Origin: Scyliorhinus canicula
Lineage: Eukaryota
Assembly: GCF_902713615.1 (NCBI RefSeq)
Contig: NC_052154.1
Span: 80,641,072-80,705,071, forward strand
Direction of reading: 5' to 3'
DNA length: 64,000 nucleotides
Part shown: in pieces, positions 30,701 through 39,125 of the stretch
Numbering within the stretch: position 1 is the stretch's first letter
How the letters are laid out: each line of letters opens with the position of its first letter
Translations under genes and position numbers: made by a program
Notes under the pieces: generated by a model
What the model was told of the DNA's origin: nothing
The model's database searches: none
Seen by the model: only the letters and a program-made list of their open reading frames with translations

Positions 30701-31669
30701 ACGCAGACACGGGGAGAACGTGCAGACTCCACACAGACAGTGATCCAAGTCGAGAATCAAACCCAGGTCCCTGGCGCTTTGAAGTAACAATGCTAATCAC
30801 TGTAGCTACTGTGCTGCCCCAATGTTAATGGAGCTGGTTTAGCACACTGGGCTAAATAGCTGGCTTTGAAAGCAGACCAAGGCAGGCCAGCAGCACGGTT
30901 CAATTCCCGTACCAGCCTCCCCGAACAGGCGCTGGAATGTGGCAACTAGGGGTTTTCACAATAACTTCATTTGAAGCCTACTTGTGATAATAAGTGATTT
31001 TAATTCATTTCATTTTATTAATGCTGTTGAATGTCAAAGGGAAATAGTTATAATCTCTCTTGTTAGAGATGGTCTTGCATCAAGGTTACTTGCCACTTAT
31101 CAGCTGAGTCTGAATGTAAAATTAAAACGTTCCCCCTTTTACAGCCTAAAGTATTGGTATCTGGTTTGTAGGTTAAGGTACACATTGGCTAGATTTTCTG
31201 ATCTACAATATACTTTATCAGACTATTGTAGTTTTATGGCATCTCTAATACTATTTCAATTTCATATTCTGTGTCTATTTTGCTTCAGTGGAGTGGTTGA
31301 TTCCGTAATGTATAGTTTTATGATGAATATGATGACTTATTTTAAGCAATAGATTAATTCAATAATTTGACAAATAGAAACTTCCTGTTCAATGCCACTT
31401 CAATGCTGACTCAACAGGGTATTCCAGCATTTTTGAACTCTTATATTTCATGCGTTTTTCTTACAGCTCGTGAACGCAAAATTCAAATGAGGCAATGTGT
31501 TCGCTGCTTTGAGCCAATAGTGCAAAATCCTAAATGCAAAGAACAAGAAGCAAAGAAAGTCAATACTCAGACACCACAGAGGAACACAAGTAAAGTAGAA
31601 AAAGCTAACAAAACCTCATCACAGCGCAAGAAACATCATAAGAGAGATAAGGACCCCGTGCTTGCCTGA
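6682..31669 (+). CDS. Five-exon IgSF type I membrane protein: leader, IgV (VJ-type), IgC1, TM, cytoplasmic tail; 328 aa; NKp30/SIRP/VJC1-like, orthology unresolved
   Basis: Exons 6682-6736, 6973-7284, 16770-17066, 20669-20788, 31467-31669 (55+312+297+120+203 = 987 nt) join in frame through four GT-AG phase-1 introns, the usual IgSF pattern. Confidence 0.85.
6973..7284 (+). CDS. Exon 2: Ig V-set domain with J-like G strand
   Basis: B-strand VNFYC, C-strand VQWWR, F-strand EDAGFYYC, G-strand GNGTGEELTVS; T-rich acceptor ending aatag, donor g|gtgagt. Confidence 0.95.
7441..7560. repeat. 40-bp tandem repeat, 3 copies
   Basis: cattctggtacatttccagtgcacagctggccattgcttc twice identical, then one diverged copy. 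Confidence 0.95.
7738..8055 (-). mobile_element. CR1 LINE 3'-end fragment
   Basis: catagaaaataggcgcaagagtaggccattcggcccttcgagcc is the reverse complement of a CR1 3' UTR; degenerate RT C-terminus follows. Confidence 0.75.
8145..8635. repeat. Degenerate 25-27-bp minisatellite (about 11 copies of cagtgaaatcac core), interrupted by a type C SINE at about 8259-8441
   Basis: Repeated (t)cacctcatgt(c/g)cagtgaaatcac on both sides of the SINE. Confidence 0.85.
10181..10488 (+). mobile_element. SINE type B (type A head, different body, gtgacaataaagattatta tail)
   Basis: Near-identical to 12712-13020, and to 30505-30820 and 42025-42240 on the minus strand. Confidence 0.85.
10785..11043 (-). mobile_element. 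Short V-SINE-like element (type A', ends gcccc ttaattggaaaa)
   Basis: Same family as 29182-29400, 33300-33870 and 56654-56881. Confidence 0.8.
11060..14600 (-). mobile_element. Decayed CR1 LINE fragments (RT, then endonuclease region) with inserted SINEs at about 11400-11570 (+), 12712-13020 (+) and 13505-13838 (-)
   Basis: CR1 tail taagaacataag; reverse-strand remnants such as DLVLCNENELI and degenerate CR1 ORF2 motifs. Confidence 0.65.
14600..14880 (+). mobile_element. Ancient degenerate DeuSINE (SacSINE1/AmnSINE1-like)
   Basis: gtgtcctggctaacaaatatccctccaac resembles the Deu-domain core as I recall it; tail gcaaagtgctttggatcattgtgaaag; second fragment at about 19010-19140. Confidence 0.5.
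15747..15962. mobile_element. Palindromic Penelope-like-element (PLE)-derived non-autonomous element, copy 1, with hammerhead motif
   Basis: Arms 15745-15830 and 15832-15917 are inverted repeats; flanked by 10-bp direct repeat cccttatggt (15737-15746, 15963-15972). Confidence 0.8.
15794..15830 (-). ncRNA. Minimal type I hammerhead ribozyme motif
   Basis: Minus strand reads TCAC-CTGATGA-A-GGGGC-TAT-GCTCC-GAAA-GC-TC-GTGA: stem I UCAC/GUGA, CUGANGA core, 5-bp stem II, GAAA, palindromic AGCU helix III, CUC cleavage triplet. Confidence 0.65.
16365..16570. mobile_element. Degenerate short MITE with Harbinger-like termini
   Basis: Begins tggtgagaattctcc, internal aatgggaaatcccattg; related fragments at about 19140-19203 and 33985-34030. 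Confidence 0.4.
16770..17066 (+). CDS. Exon 3: Ig C1-set domain
   Basis: LTYLCQTSEFYPDAYNLVWLKDG (C-x4-FYP...W) and YICEVSH (C1 signature Y-x-C-x-V-x-H); acceptor tttctatag, donor g|gtagga. Confidence 0.95.
18090..18293. mobile_element. Palindromic PLE-derived element, copy 2 (opposite orientation to copy 1)
   Basis: Arms 18122-18203 and 18214-18296 are near-perfect inverted repeats; 12-bp direct repeat tgccttttgaat at 18078-18089 and 18294-18305. Confidence 0.8.
19277..20154. mobile_element. Non-autonomous Harbinger derivative (MITE, about 0.88 kb)
   Basis: Left part is homologous to 44288-44570; right part is homologous to 48230-48454 and 63570-63806; ends ggagaatccagtccc. Confidence 0.75.
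20669..20788 (+). CDS. Exon 4: transmembrane segment and Cys-rich juxtamembrane (GIDSSGFLAWWIYLCGAIALLLLIIALVLCCKFCCCKKPK)
   Basis: Acceptor tcttgcag, donor g|gtaagg, phase 1-1; more than 20 hydrophobic residues followed by a basic stop-transfer segment. Confidence 0.92.
21700..23490 (-). pseudogene. Gypsy pol remnant, RNase H (3' half) and integrase
   Basis: Reverse strand reads YSQIEKEG..., HMDFAGPF, HPSSNGL.E.AVQTF and FLFNCRTTPHTTTGISLVERLMGRRL; purine-rich PPT-like stretch near 21750. Confidence 0.8.
23493..26620 (+). mobile_element. Young CR1 LINE, 5'-truncated within ORF1 (esterase C-terminus), with complete ORF2 and 3' tail
   Basis: ORF1 end GWCRREGFRFLDNWGSFWGRWDLYRQDGLHLN; tail gagggccgaagggcctgtactgcgctgtatcgttcta. 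Confidence 0.95.
23636..26539 (+). CDS. CR1 ORF2: APE endonuclease plus reverse transcriptase, uninterrupted
   Basis: 967-codon ORF: YFNARSIRNK, AISETW, GDFN, SDHN (APE); KSPGPDG, QHGFVKGRSCLTNL, DFSKAFD, GVPQGSVLGPLLF, FADD (RT). True start codon is uncertain. Confidence 0.95.
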   Translation: MGGFKLIQQGHGNLDCSFGVREIESREVRSTVLTSQEGGSVQVCGLKCVYFNARSIRNKVGELAAWVGTWDFDVVAISETWIEQGQEWLLQVPGFRCFSKVREGGKRGGGVALLVKDSITVVERMQDGDSSSEVVWAEVRNRKGEVTLLGVFYRPPNSSRDVEERMAKMILEKSESNRVVVMGDFNFPNIDWKRYSSSTLDGSFFVQYVQEGFLTQYVDRPTRGEATLDLVLGNEPGQVLDLEVGEHFGDSDHNSVTFTLVMERDKYTPQSKSYSWGKGNYDAIRHDLGCVGWRSRLQGLGTLDMWSLFKEQLLHVLDKYVPVRQGGRGRAREPWFTKEVESLVKRKKEAYVNMRREVSVGALDSYKEARKDLKRELRRARRGHEKSLAGRIKENPKAFYRYVRNKRMTRVRVGPVKDSGGKLCVEAEEISEILNEYFSSVFTQEKDNIEEENAETQAIRIDGIEVRREEVLAILDKVKIDKSPGPDGIYPRILWEAREEIAEPLALIFRSSLATGIVPEDWRIANVVPLFKKGSRDNPGNYRPVSLTSVVGKVLERIIKDTIYNHLDRNNMIRDSQHGFVKGRSCLTNLIEFFEKVTEQVDEGRAVDVVYMDFSKAFDKVPHGRLLQKIRRLGIEGDLEMWIRNWLVERRQRVVVDGKCSEWSSVTSGVPQGSVLGPLLFVIFINDLEEGAEGWVSKFADDTKVGGVVDSAEGCCRLQRDIDKLQSWAERWQMEFHVEKCEVIHFGKNNRNAEYLANGKILGSVDEQRDLGVHVHRSLKVATQVDRVVKKAYGVLAFIGRGIEFRSHEVMMQLYQTLVRPHLEYCVQFWSPHYRKDVEALERVQRRFTRMLPGMEGKSYEERLMDLRLFSLERRRLRGDLIEAYKMIRGLDRVDSESLLPRMEVASTRGHSLKLRGNRYRTEVRGEFFTQRVVRPWNALPATVVNSPTLRAFKNLLDKHMDDKGIV
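26621..27480 (-). pseudogene. Gypsy pol remnant, protease, RT and RNase H 5' half
   Basis: Reverse strand reads YTRLPFGVSSACTTFQRMMENILQG..VYLDDVL; degenerate ELIL.(D)A.PYGVG and RP.A..S.TL next to the CR1 tail. Confidence 0.8.
27481..27814 (-). mobile_element. Full-length V-SINE-like element (type A2) whose tail matches the adjacent CR1 3' end
   Basis: Tail gagggccgaagggcctgttctgtgctgtactgttctatgttct versus CR1 gagggccgaagggcctgtactgcgctgtatcgttcta. Confidence 0.88.
27815..28092. mobile_element. Right half of a Harbinger-type MITE
   Basis: Homologous to 57290-57545 (gttgacgcc...aaacac...gtgtttac...caacacttagcc); ends agagaaacccgctcc. Confidence 0.6.
29090..29965. mobile_element. Cluster of four V-SINE copies or fragments in mixed orientation
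   Basis: (-) tail 29090-29180, (+) 29182-29400, (+) 29399-29745, (-) 29750-29965. Confidence 0.8.
29985..30500 (-). mobile_element. Old non-LTR retrotransposon RT C-terminal remnant
   Basis: Reverse strand LTPQSLLNIYKARVKSVTQFPPLAWMSVAPSSSKKLDTIQDK resembles LINE RT thumb sequence; clade not resolved. Confidence 0.55.
30505..31010. mobile_element. Head-to-head SINEs: type B (-, 30505-30820) and type C (+, 30830-31010)
   Basis: Both share the body gaacaggcgc(c/t)ggaatgtgg...tagggg..ttttcaca. Confidence 0.8.
31467..31669 (+). CDS. Exon 5: terminal cytoplasmic exon (A)RERKIQMRQCVRCFEP...RKKHHKRDKDPVLA*
   Basis: Strong acceptor gcgtttttcttacag, phase 1 compatible with exon 4; followed by about 1 kb of repeat-free AT-rich sequence with poly(A) signals. 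An unseen small intermediate exon cannot be excluded. Confidence 0.72.
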
Positions 31670-32630
31670 TGGTGGAAAAATAAATCTGAAAAGTATTTTG
31701 TGACAATCATAGTTCTCTTTAAAGAACTACCTTCATTGCATACTTCATAAATGAGTGAACAAGAGAATTCGAACATCATAAAATTACTGCATTTAACCAT
31801 ATTTGTTCACTCATAAAACATTATTTCTGATCTGTGAATTAATATTTCTGAATTGAGAATATTTATATCTGATCACTTTTGGTACTTATGACAGGGCCCT
31901 CGGAAGGGTGTTCATATTTCACCGAAGATTGTTGTGAGAAAATTAATTTCTGAAGGATTCCACATGTGGGAAAGTGTGATAAAAGCAAGTATAACTCAAT
32001 TCCAGTACTCCAGCCACACTCAGCCAGAGAAACCTTTGTGTCTATTCACTTACTGTTTATAGAATAAATTGCCTCTTTCATATCCCGTATATGGAATTTG
32101 AATCCACCCATTGACAACCAGGATATAACATTTCCCTCTCCATTTGTACCCTTTCTATGGAATACAAGGCCATATTGGTATCTGATTGGAGCAATCTCCA
32201 ATTTGTGTGCGAGTTAGTATAAAATGGGTGATAGGGAATCAACACACTGCTTTACATCTCTTCTAATTTTTTATCCACCCCACTATGCAGAATTTTAATG
32301 CCTATATCCATCTAATACATTACATTTTATTGGCTCTTTATTTAACTGCTGTTTCAGGTACTGTACATTTCATAACATTGCAGTGCCCTAGTCACATACA
32401 CTATGTAGAATTTTCATTTCCTTTTTACAGTCAGTGGACTGAATTCCAATTCTGATTCATACTATCGCACAGAATTCTTGTTCTCATTTGTATCCATTGT
32501 CCAGAATTCTGTATCATTTATTTCTAGTTTGCAGGGTTCCAGTTTATATCCAATTTCCATTATAATCTCTGTCAATATGTTTAATCATATTCTAAACTTA
32601 CATTATGCAAGTGCTTATCTTGTTATGTAA

Positions 32631-32644
32631 AATAAAGCAATAAA
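32631..32644 (+). terminator. Tandem AATAAA poly(A) signals, probable gene end (further AATAAA at 31679 and 32063)
   Basis: aataaagcaataaaa at the end of the repeat-free putative 3' UTR. Confidence 0.5.
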
Positions 32645-33299
32645 AGTGTACTAACGTAAAAGTGGTAGAAGCTGTGGGACAACCAGGTAACATTTAAAAT
32701 AATAAGAGGCCTAATTGGAGTAATTAGGGACAACCTACTTATTTTTAGCAGAGGGATCAAAAACCAAAGACCATGGATTTAAAGTCATTGGTAGAAGGTT
32801 GAGGAGGGAGATGAGGAAACATTTTTTCACCGAGAGGATGGTAAGGCTGTTGGAATCACTGCCTAAAGGAGTGATAGAGGCAGAAACTCACAACGCATTA
32901 AAAAATATCTGAATGTCTACTTGAAGTGATGTGCTACAGGACAAGTGCACGAAGGTGGAATTAGGCTGGGTAACTCTTTAATGATTGACACAGACAAGAT
33001 GGACCGAATGGCCTCCTCTGTGTTGTACATGTTCTATGAGTCTGTTTTTATTAATCTCATATTCCAGTGACTGTCGAGAATAAGTTATTTACCTGCATCA
33101 TATACCATTTGTTATAAAGGACTGTGTTCTAAATATATACTTTTGTCTGATACTGTTACGATAATTGATCTAAAAAAATATATACAACAAATTCCTTTGG
33201 TTAAAAAATGTGCAAATGGTGAAGTACAGTAAAAGAGGTCACACCAGTTTATTGGTTGCATTAAATAGTCCCTCAGAGGCTTGTGCTACTACGTATTTT

Positions 33300-33870
33300 G
33301 GAATTAAAAATAAAATAAAAATTTAGAGTACCCAATTATTTTTTTCTCCAATTAAGGGGCAATTTAGTGTGGCCAGTCCACGTAACCTGCACATCTTTGG
33401 GTTGTGGGGGTGAAACCCCACAGACATGTGGACAATGTGCAAACTAGAAGAAGGTTAAGAAGTGACTTAATTGAGGCATACAAGATGATCAGAGGATCAG
33501 ATAGGGTGGACAGTGAGAGCCTTTTTCCTCGGTTGGTGATGGCTAGCACGAGGGGACATAGCTTTAAATTGAGGGGAGATAGATATAGGACAGATGTCAG
33601 AGGTAGGTTCTTTACTCAGAGAGTAGGTAAGGGCGCAAAATGCCCTGCCTGAAACAGTAGTGGACTCACCGACATTAAGGGCATTTAAATGGTAATTGGA
33701 TAAACATATGGATGATAAGGGAATAGTGTCGATGGGTTTTAGATTGGTTTCACAGGACGGCGCAACATCGAGGGCCGAAGGGCCTGTACTGCTCTGTACT
33801 GTTCTATGTTGTTCCACTCGGACAGTGACCCAAGGCCGGGATTCGAACCTGGGTCTTCAGCACCACATGC
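33300..33870. mobile_element. Type A' SINE (-) interrupted by a short 3' fragment of the young CR1 (+, about 33446-33810)
   Basis: SINE sequence gtgcaaact|ccactcggacagtgaccc is split by RRRLRSDLIEAYKMIRG..., which is near-identical to 26255-26620. Confidence 0.85.
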
Positions 33871-34894
33871 TGCCCTCTTATTTTGGAATATTGACCTGAT
33901 ACTAACAACCAATGAGTAACTTACAAAAAGAAAAGCCATATTTCAATTTAGAAATATACTTGATGAAATCCTACTTTAACCATTTTTAGTGTGTTGGATT
34001 TTCTGGCTTTTCCCGCCGGCTGGTCCAATGGGAATGCTGAGATATATTGTAGGTGGTGATAGCCAATAGAGCACAAACGAGTGATTGAGGCTGGGTGTTC
34101 CCTTTGCTACCCAGGTCCCCACCATAATATGCAATGTACAACTCTGTTAGATATATTGTTGCAACCCAAGACCATAAGGCAGGATTTTGCAGATGTTGAG
34201 GTTTCTTGTTCTGTCCCTATGGTGTCACCTGGGAATGCACCCTGCCGATACAGGATAGCCCTCAACCGTCTAACTCTCCAAGAAGCATTAATTTATTGGA
34301 GATGGGAGTTCCATCCCTCATCTGGCCAGCAGCTCTGTAGTCTCAGCAATGCCATTAGCAGCAGTGGCTAGGACTGGGATTACCAGCAGTCCCCATGTTC
34401 AAAGGACCAGTTTACGCACTTGCTCACATGGTAAGATGATCAACTCTTTTGAAATAAAATAAGGCATTCTTTGACCAAGGGAATTGGGGGTGGGAGTTTC
34501 TGATCCGCATACAAACACAATGGGTGTGGGCAGTGATGGGGGTCTGCTCACAGAAGAAAACAAAGAGGCAAAGAGGAAACTCACCTCGGTTCGGTATTTC
34601 ACAGTATGCCCTTGGGATAAAGTTAAAAGGTATTACTTAAGGGATAAACAGTTAAAATAAGGGGAAATCCCTTAACTGGGCAGGGCCCTTAGTTTGGTGG
34701 GAGACTACGGGCATGATTCTCCGATTTTGCAGCTAAATGCCGATGCCGGCATAGTAACAGTTTTACGATGCCAAAATCAGCGGCGAACCCTCACCGATTC
34801 CGGTACCTGTGAGGGGCTAGCAGCAGCGCTGGGTAAATCGCCCGGCTCCCGCGCCAAGAATGGTCGGTCCATAGCCACGCATGCACACGCCGAT

Positions 34895-37800
34895 GATTTG
34901 AGTTGATTTGATTTATTGTCTCATGCACCGAAGTACAGTAAAAAGTATTTTTCTGAAGCTGAAGAACGTACACAGTACATACATAGTAGATACAAGAATA
35001 ATCAACAGAGAACATTGACAAATGGTACAGCGACAAAACAATGATTGGTTACAGTGCAGAACAGAGGGCCAAACAAAGCAAATAAATGAGCAAGATCAGC
35101 ATAGGGCGTCATGAATTGTGTTCTTACAGGGAACAGATCTGTCTGAGCGGGAGTCATTGAGGAGCCTTGTAGCTGTGGGAAAGAAGCTGTTCCTATGTCT
35201 GGATGTGCGCGTCTTCAGACCTCTGTACCTTCTGCTTGATAGAAGGGTCTGGAAGTAGGCAATTCCTGGGTGGGAGGGGTCTCTAATAATGCTGCCTGCC
35301 TTCCTGAGGCAGCGAGAGGTGTAGACAGAATCAATGTGGGGGTGGCAGGTTTGTGTGATGCGTTGGGCTGAGTTCACCACAGTCTGTAGTTTCTTGCGAT
35401 CTTGGACCGAGCAGTTGCCATACCAGACTGTGATGCAGCTGGCTAGGATGCTCTCTATCGCACATCTGTAGAAGTTTGTGAGAGTCGATGCAGACATGCC
35501 AAATTTCTTTAGCTTCTGTAGGAAGTAGAACATTGTTGGCTTTCTTGATTGTTGCACCAACGTGAGTGGAGCAGAACAGACTGTTGGCGATGGTGACCTC
35601 CAGGAACTTAAAGCTATCGACCATCTCCACTCCGGAGCCATTGATGCAGGCGGGAGTGTGTCATGCTGCGTTTCCTGAAGTTGATGATCAGTTTCTTGGT
35701 CTTTCCAACATTTAGAGAGGTTGTTTTCGGTACACCATGCAACCAAGTGATTTATCTCCCTCCTGTAGTCTGATTTGTCGTTTTTTGAGATGCAGCCCGC
35801 CACAGTCGTATCATCCGCAAACTTATAGATTGAGTTGGAGTTATATCTTGCCACACAGTGTTTCGGGAGTACAGTAGAGGAATGAGCACACATCCTTGCG
35901 TGGCTCCGGTGTTGAGGACTATTGTGGAGGAGGTGTTTTTGCCTCTCCTGACAGATTGCGGTCTGTTGGTGAGGAAGTCAATGATCCAGCTGCACAGGGA
36001 GGGGTCAAGTCCAAGATTGCAGAGTTTCGTTATTTAAAAAAAAAAAAAAATTTTTATTGGAATTTTTTACAGAAAATATAAAACATAACGACAAACAATG
36101 AAATGCAACAAAATAACCCATAATAACTGTAACACCCTCCAGACCGTATCGACGCATGTATCACATCCCCCACCCCCCCAACCCCAATGAACAACAAAAG
36201 AACTTAAAAATAAATTAAAATTAAATAAACAAACATAGTCATCGTCCCCCCCCCCACTTTTCCCTCCCCCTTCCCCCCCTTCCCCCCCGGGTTGCTGCTG
36301 CGACTGTCCCTGTACCCTATCATTGAGCCAGAAAGTCAAGGAAAGGTTGCCACTGCCTAAAGAACCCTTGTACCGACCCTCTCAGGGCGAATTTGACCTT
36401 CTCCAGCTTAATGAAACCCGCCATGTCATTGATCCAGGTCTCCACGCTTGGGGGCCTCTCATCCTTCCATTGTAGCAAGATCCTTCGCCGGGCTACTAGG
36501 GACGCAAAGGCCAGCACACTGGCCTCTTTCGCCTCCTGCACTCCCGGCTCCACCCCAACCCCAAAAATCGCGAGTCCCCATCCTGGCTTGACCCTGGATC
36601 CCACCACCCTTGACACCGTCCTCGCCACCCCCTTCCAGAACTCCTCCAGTGCTGGGCATGCCCAGAACATATGGGCATGGTTCGCTGGACTCCCCGAGCA
36701 CCTGACACACCTGTCTTCACCCCCAAAGTACCTACTCATCCTCGTCCCAGTCATGTGGGCCCGGTGCAGCACCTTGAATTGGATGAGGCTAAGCCGCGCA
36801 CACGAGGAGGAAGAATTAACCCTCTCCAGGGCATCAGCCCATGTCCCATCTTCGATCTGTTCCCCCAGTTCCCCCTCCCACTTAGCTTTCAGTTCCTCTA
36901 CTGACGCCTCCTCCGCCTCCTGCATAACCTTGTAGATATCAGATATCTTCCCCTCTCCGACCCAGACCCCCGAAAGCACCCTGTCACTCACCACCCTCGC
37001 GGGAAGCGAAGGGAATCCCTCCACCTGCCATCTAGCAAATGCCTTTACCTGCAGATACCTGAACATGTTTCCCGGGGGGAGCCCAAATTTCTCCTCCAAC
37101 TCCCCCAGGCTCGCAAACCTCCCATCAATAAACAGGTCCCTCAGCTGTCTGATGCCCGCTCTGTGCCAACCCTGAAATCCCCCATCAATGTTCCCCGGGA
37201 CGAACCTATGGTTCCCCCTTAACGGAGCCTCCATCGAGCCCCCCACTTCTCCCCTATGTCGCCTCCACTGCCCCCAAATCTTGAGGGTAGCCGCCACCAC
37301 CGGACTAGTGGTATACCTCGTAGGAGGGAGCGGCCACGGCGCCGTTACCAGGGCCCCCAGGCTTGTATCTCCACAGGACGCCCTCTCCATCCGTTTCCAT
37401 GCTGCCCCCTCCCCCTCCATTACCCACTTGCGCACCATCGACACATTGGCTGCCCAATAATACCCCGAGAGATTGGGTAACGCCAGCCCCCCCCCAACTC
37501 TACCTCGCTCCAAGAAGACCCTCTTCACCCTCGGGGTCCCATGCGCCCAAACAAAGCTCATGATGCTGCTAGTCACCCTTCTAAAAAAGGCCCTAGGGAT
37601 AAAGATGGGCAAACACTGAAAAAGGAACAAGGACCTCGGGAGAACCATCATTTTGACGGACTGCACTCTACCCGCCAACGATAGCGGCACCATGTCCCAC
37701 CTTTTAAATTCCTCCTCCATCTGCTCCACCAGCCTGGTAAAATTAAGCTTAAGGAGAGTCCCCCAACTCCTGGCCACCTGCACCCCCAGGTACCTGAAAC

Positions 37801-39125
37801 TCTTCACTGCCCTCTTAAATGGGAGTCTCCCAATTCCCTCCTCCTGATCACCCGGGTGTACTACAAATACCTCGCTCTTGCCTAAATTTAACTTATAGCC
37901 CGAGAATCCCCCAAATTCCGCTAACAGCTCCATCACCCCCGGCATTCCCCCTTCTGGATCCGCCACATACAACAGCAGGTCGTCCGCATACAGCGATATC
38001 CGATGTTCCTCCCCACCCCGCACCAGACCCCTCCATCTCCCTGACTCCCTCAACGCCATAGCCAAAGGTTCAATCGCCAGTGCAAAGAGCAAGGGGGACA
38101 TGGGCACCCCTGCCTGGTCCCACGGTAGAGCCTAAAGTACTCCGATCTCCTTCCATTGGTAACTACACTTGCCATTGGAGCCGCGTAGAGCAGCCTCACC
38201 CATTCGATGAATCCCTCCCCGAATCCGAACCACTCCAGCACCTCCCACAGGTACCCCCACTCAACTCTATCAAACGCTTTCTCCGCATCCAGCGCCACCA
38301 CTATCTCCGCCTCCCCCTCCACTGCCGGCATCATAATAACATTTAGCAGTCTCCGCACATTCGTATTGAGCTGCCGTCCCTTGACAAATCCTATCTGATC
38401 CTCTTGTATCACCCCTGGCACACAGTCCTCTATCCTGGTGGCCAGGATCTTCGCCAGCAACTCAGCGTCAACATTGAGGAGCGAGATAGGCCTGTATGAT
38501 CCACACTGCAAGGGGTCCTTATCCCGCTTCAGGATCAGAGAGATCAGCGCCCGCGACATCGTCGGGGGCAAAGCCCCCCCCTCCCATGCCTCATTGAAGG
38601 CTCACACCAACAGGGGGCCCACCAGATCCGCATACTTTTTATAAAATTCCACCGGGAACCCGTCCGGCCCCGCACCGGGAACCCGTCCGGCCCCGCAGAG
38701 TTTGGTTATTAGTCTTGTTGGGATAATGGTGTTGAAGGCAGAGCTGTGGTCTATGAACAGCAGTCTTACATAGGTGTCCTTGTGGTTCGAGTGTTAATTG
38801 CAGAGCCAGTGAGATACCGTCTGCTGTGGACCGGTTGCGGTGATAGGCAAACTGGGAGGCTGGCAGCGATCGTCTCATGACGAACCGCTCAAATGAAAAT
38901 GAAATGAAAATTGCTTATTGTCACGAGTAGGCTTCAATGAAGTTACTGTGAAAAGCCCCTAGTCGCCACATTCCGGCACCTGTCCGGGGAGGCTGGTACG
39001 GGAATCGAACCGCGCTGCTGGCCTGCTTGGTCTGCTTTAAAAGCCAGCGATTTAGCCTGGTGAGCTAAACCAGCCCCTGTTTCATGATGTCATGATTTCA
39101 TGATAACAGATCTTAGGGCCATCTA
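34895..39125 (-). mobile_element. L2-clade LINE 3' portion, in pieces 34895-36034, 38697-38890 and 39078-39125
   Basis: RT motifs YKFADDTTV.G, LTNFYRCAIESIL and VALRSVIMK..ERFVM; tail gacaataaatcaaatc. Confidence 0.85.
36035..38696 (-). mobile_element. Young 5'-truncated L1/Tx1-clade LINE (ORF2 RT to C-terminus, one frameshift near 38100)
   Basis: ORFs 38050-38571 and 36320-38107 (595 aa); 16-bp TSD gcagagttt(c/g)gttatt at 36019-36034 and 38695-38710. Confidence 0.93.

Noticed and set aside
36393-37563. Several 70-180 aa ORFs antisense to the L1 ORF2 (also 1965-2498 and 55033-55557)
   Set aside because: Shadow frames of GC-rich LINE coding sequence, repeated identically in each copy
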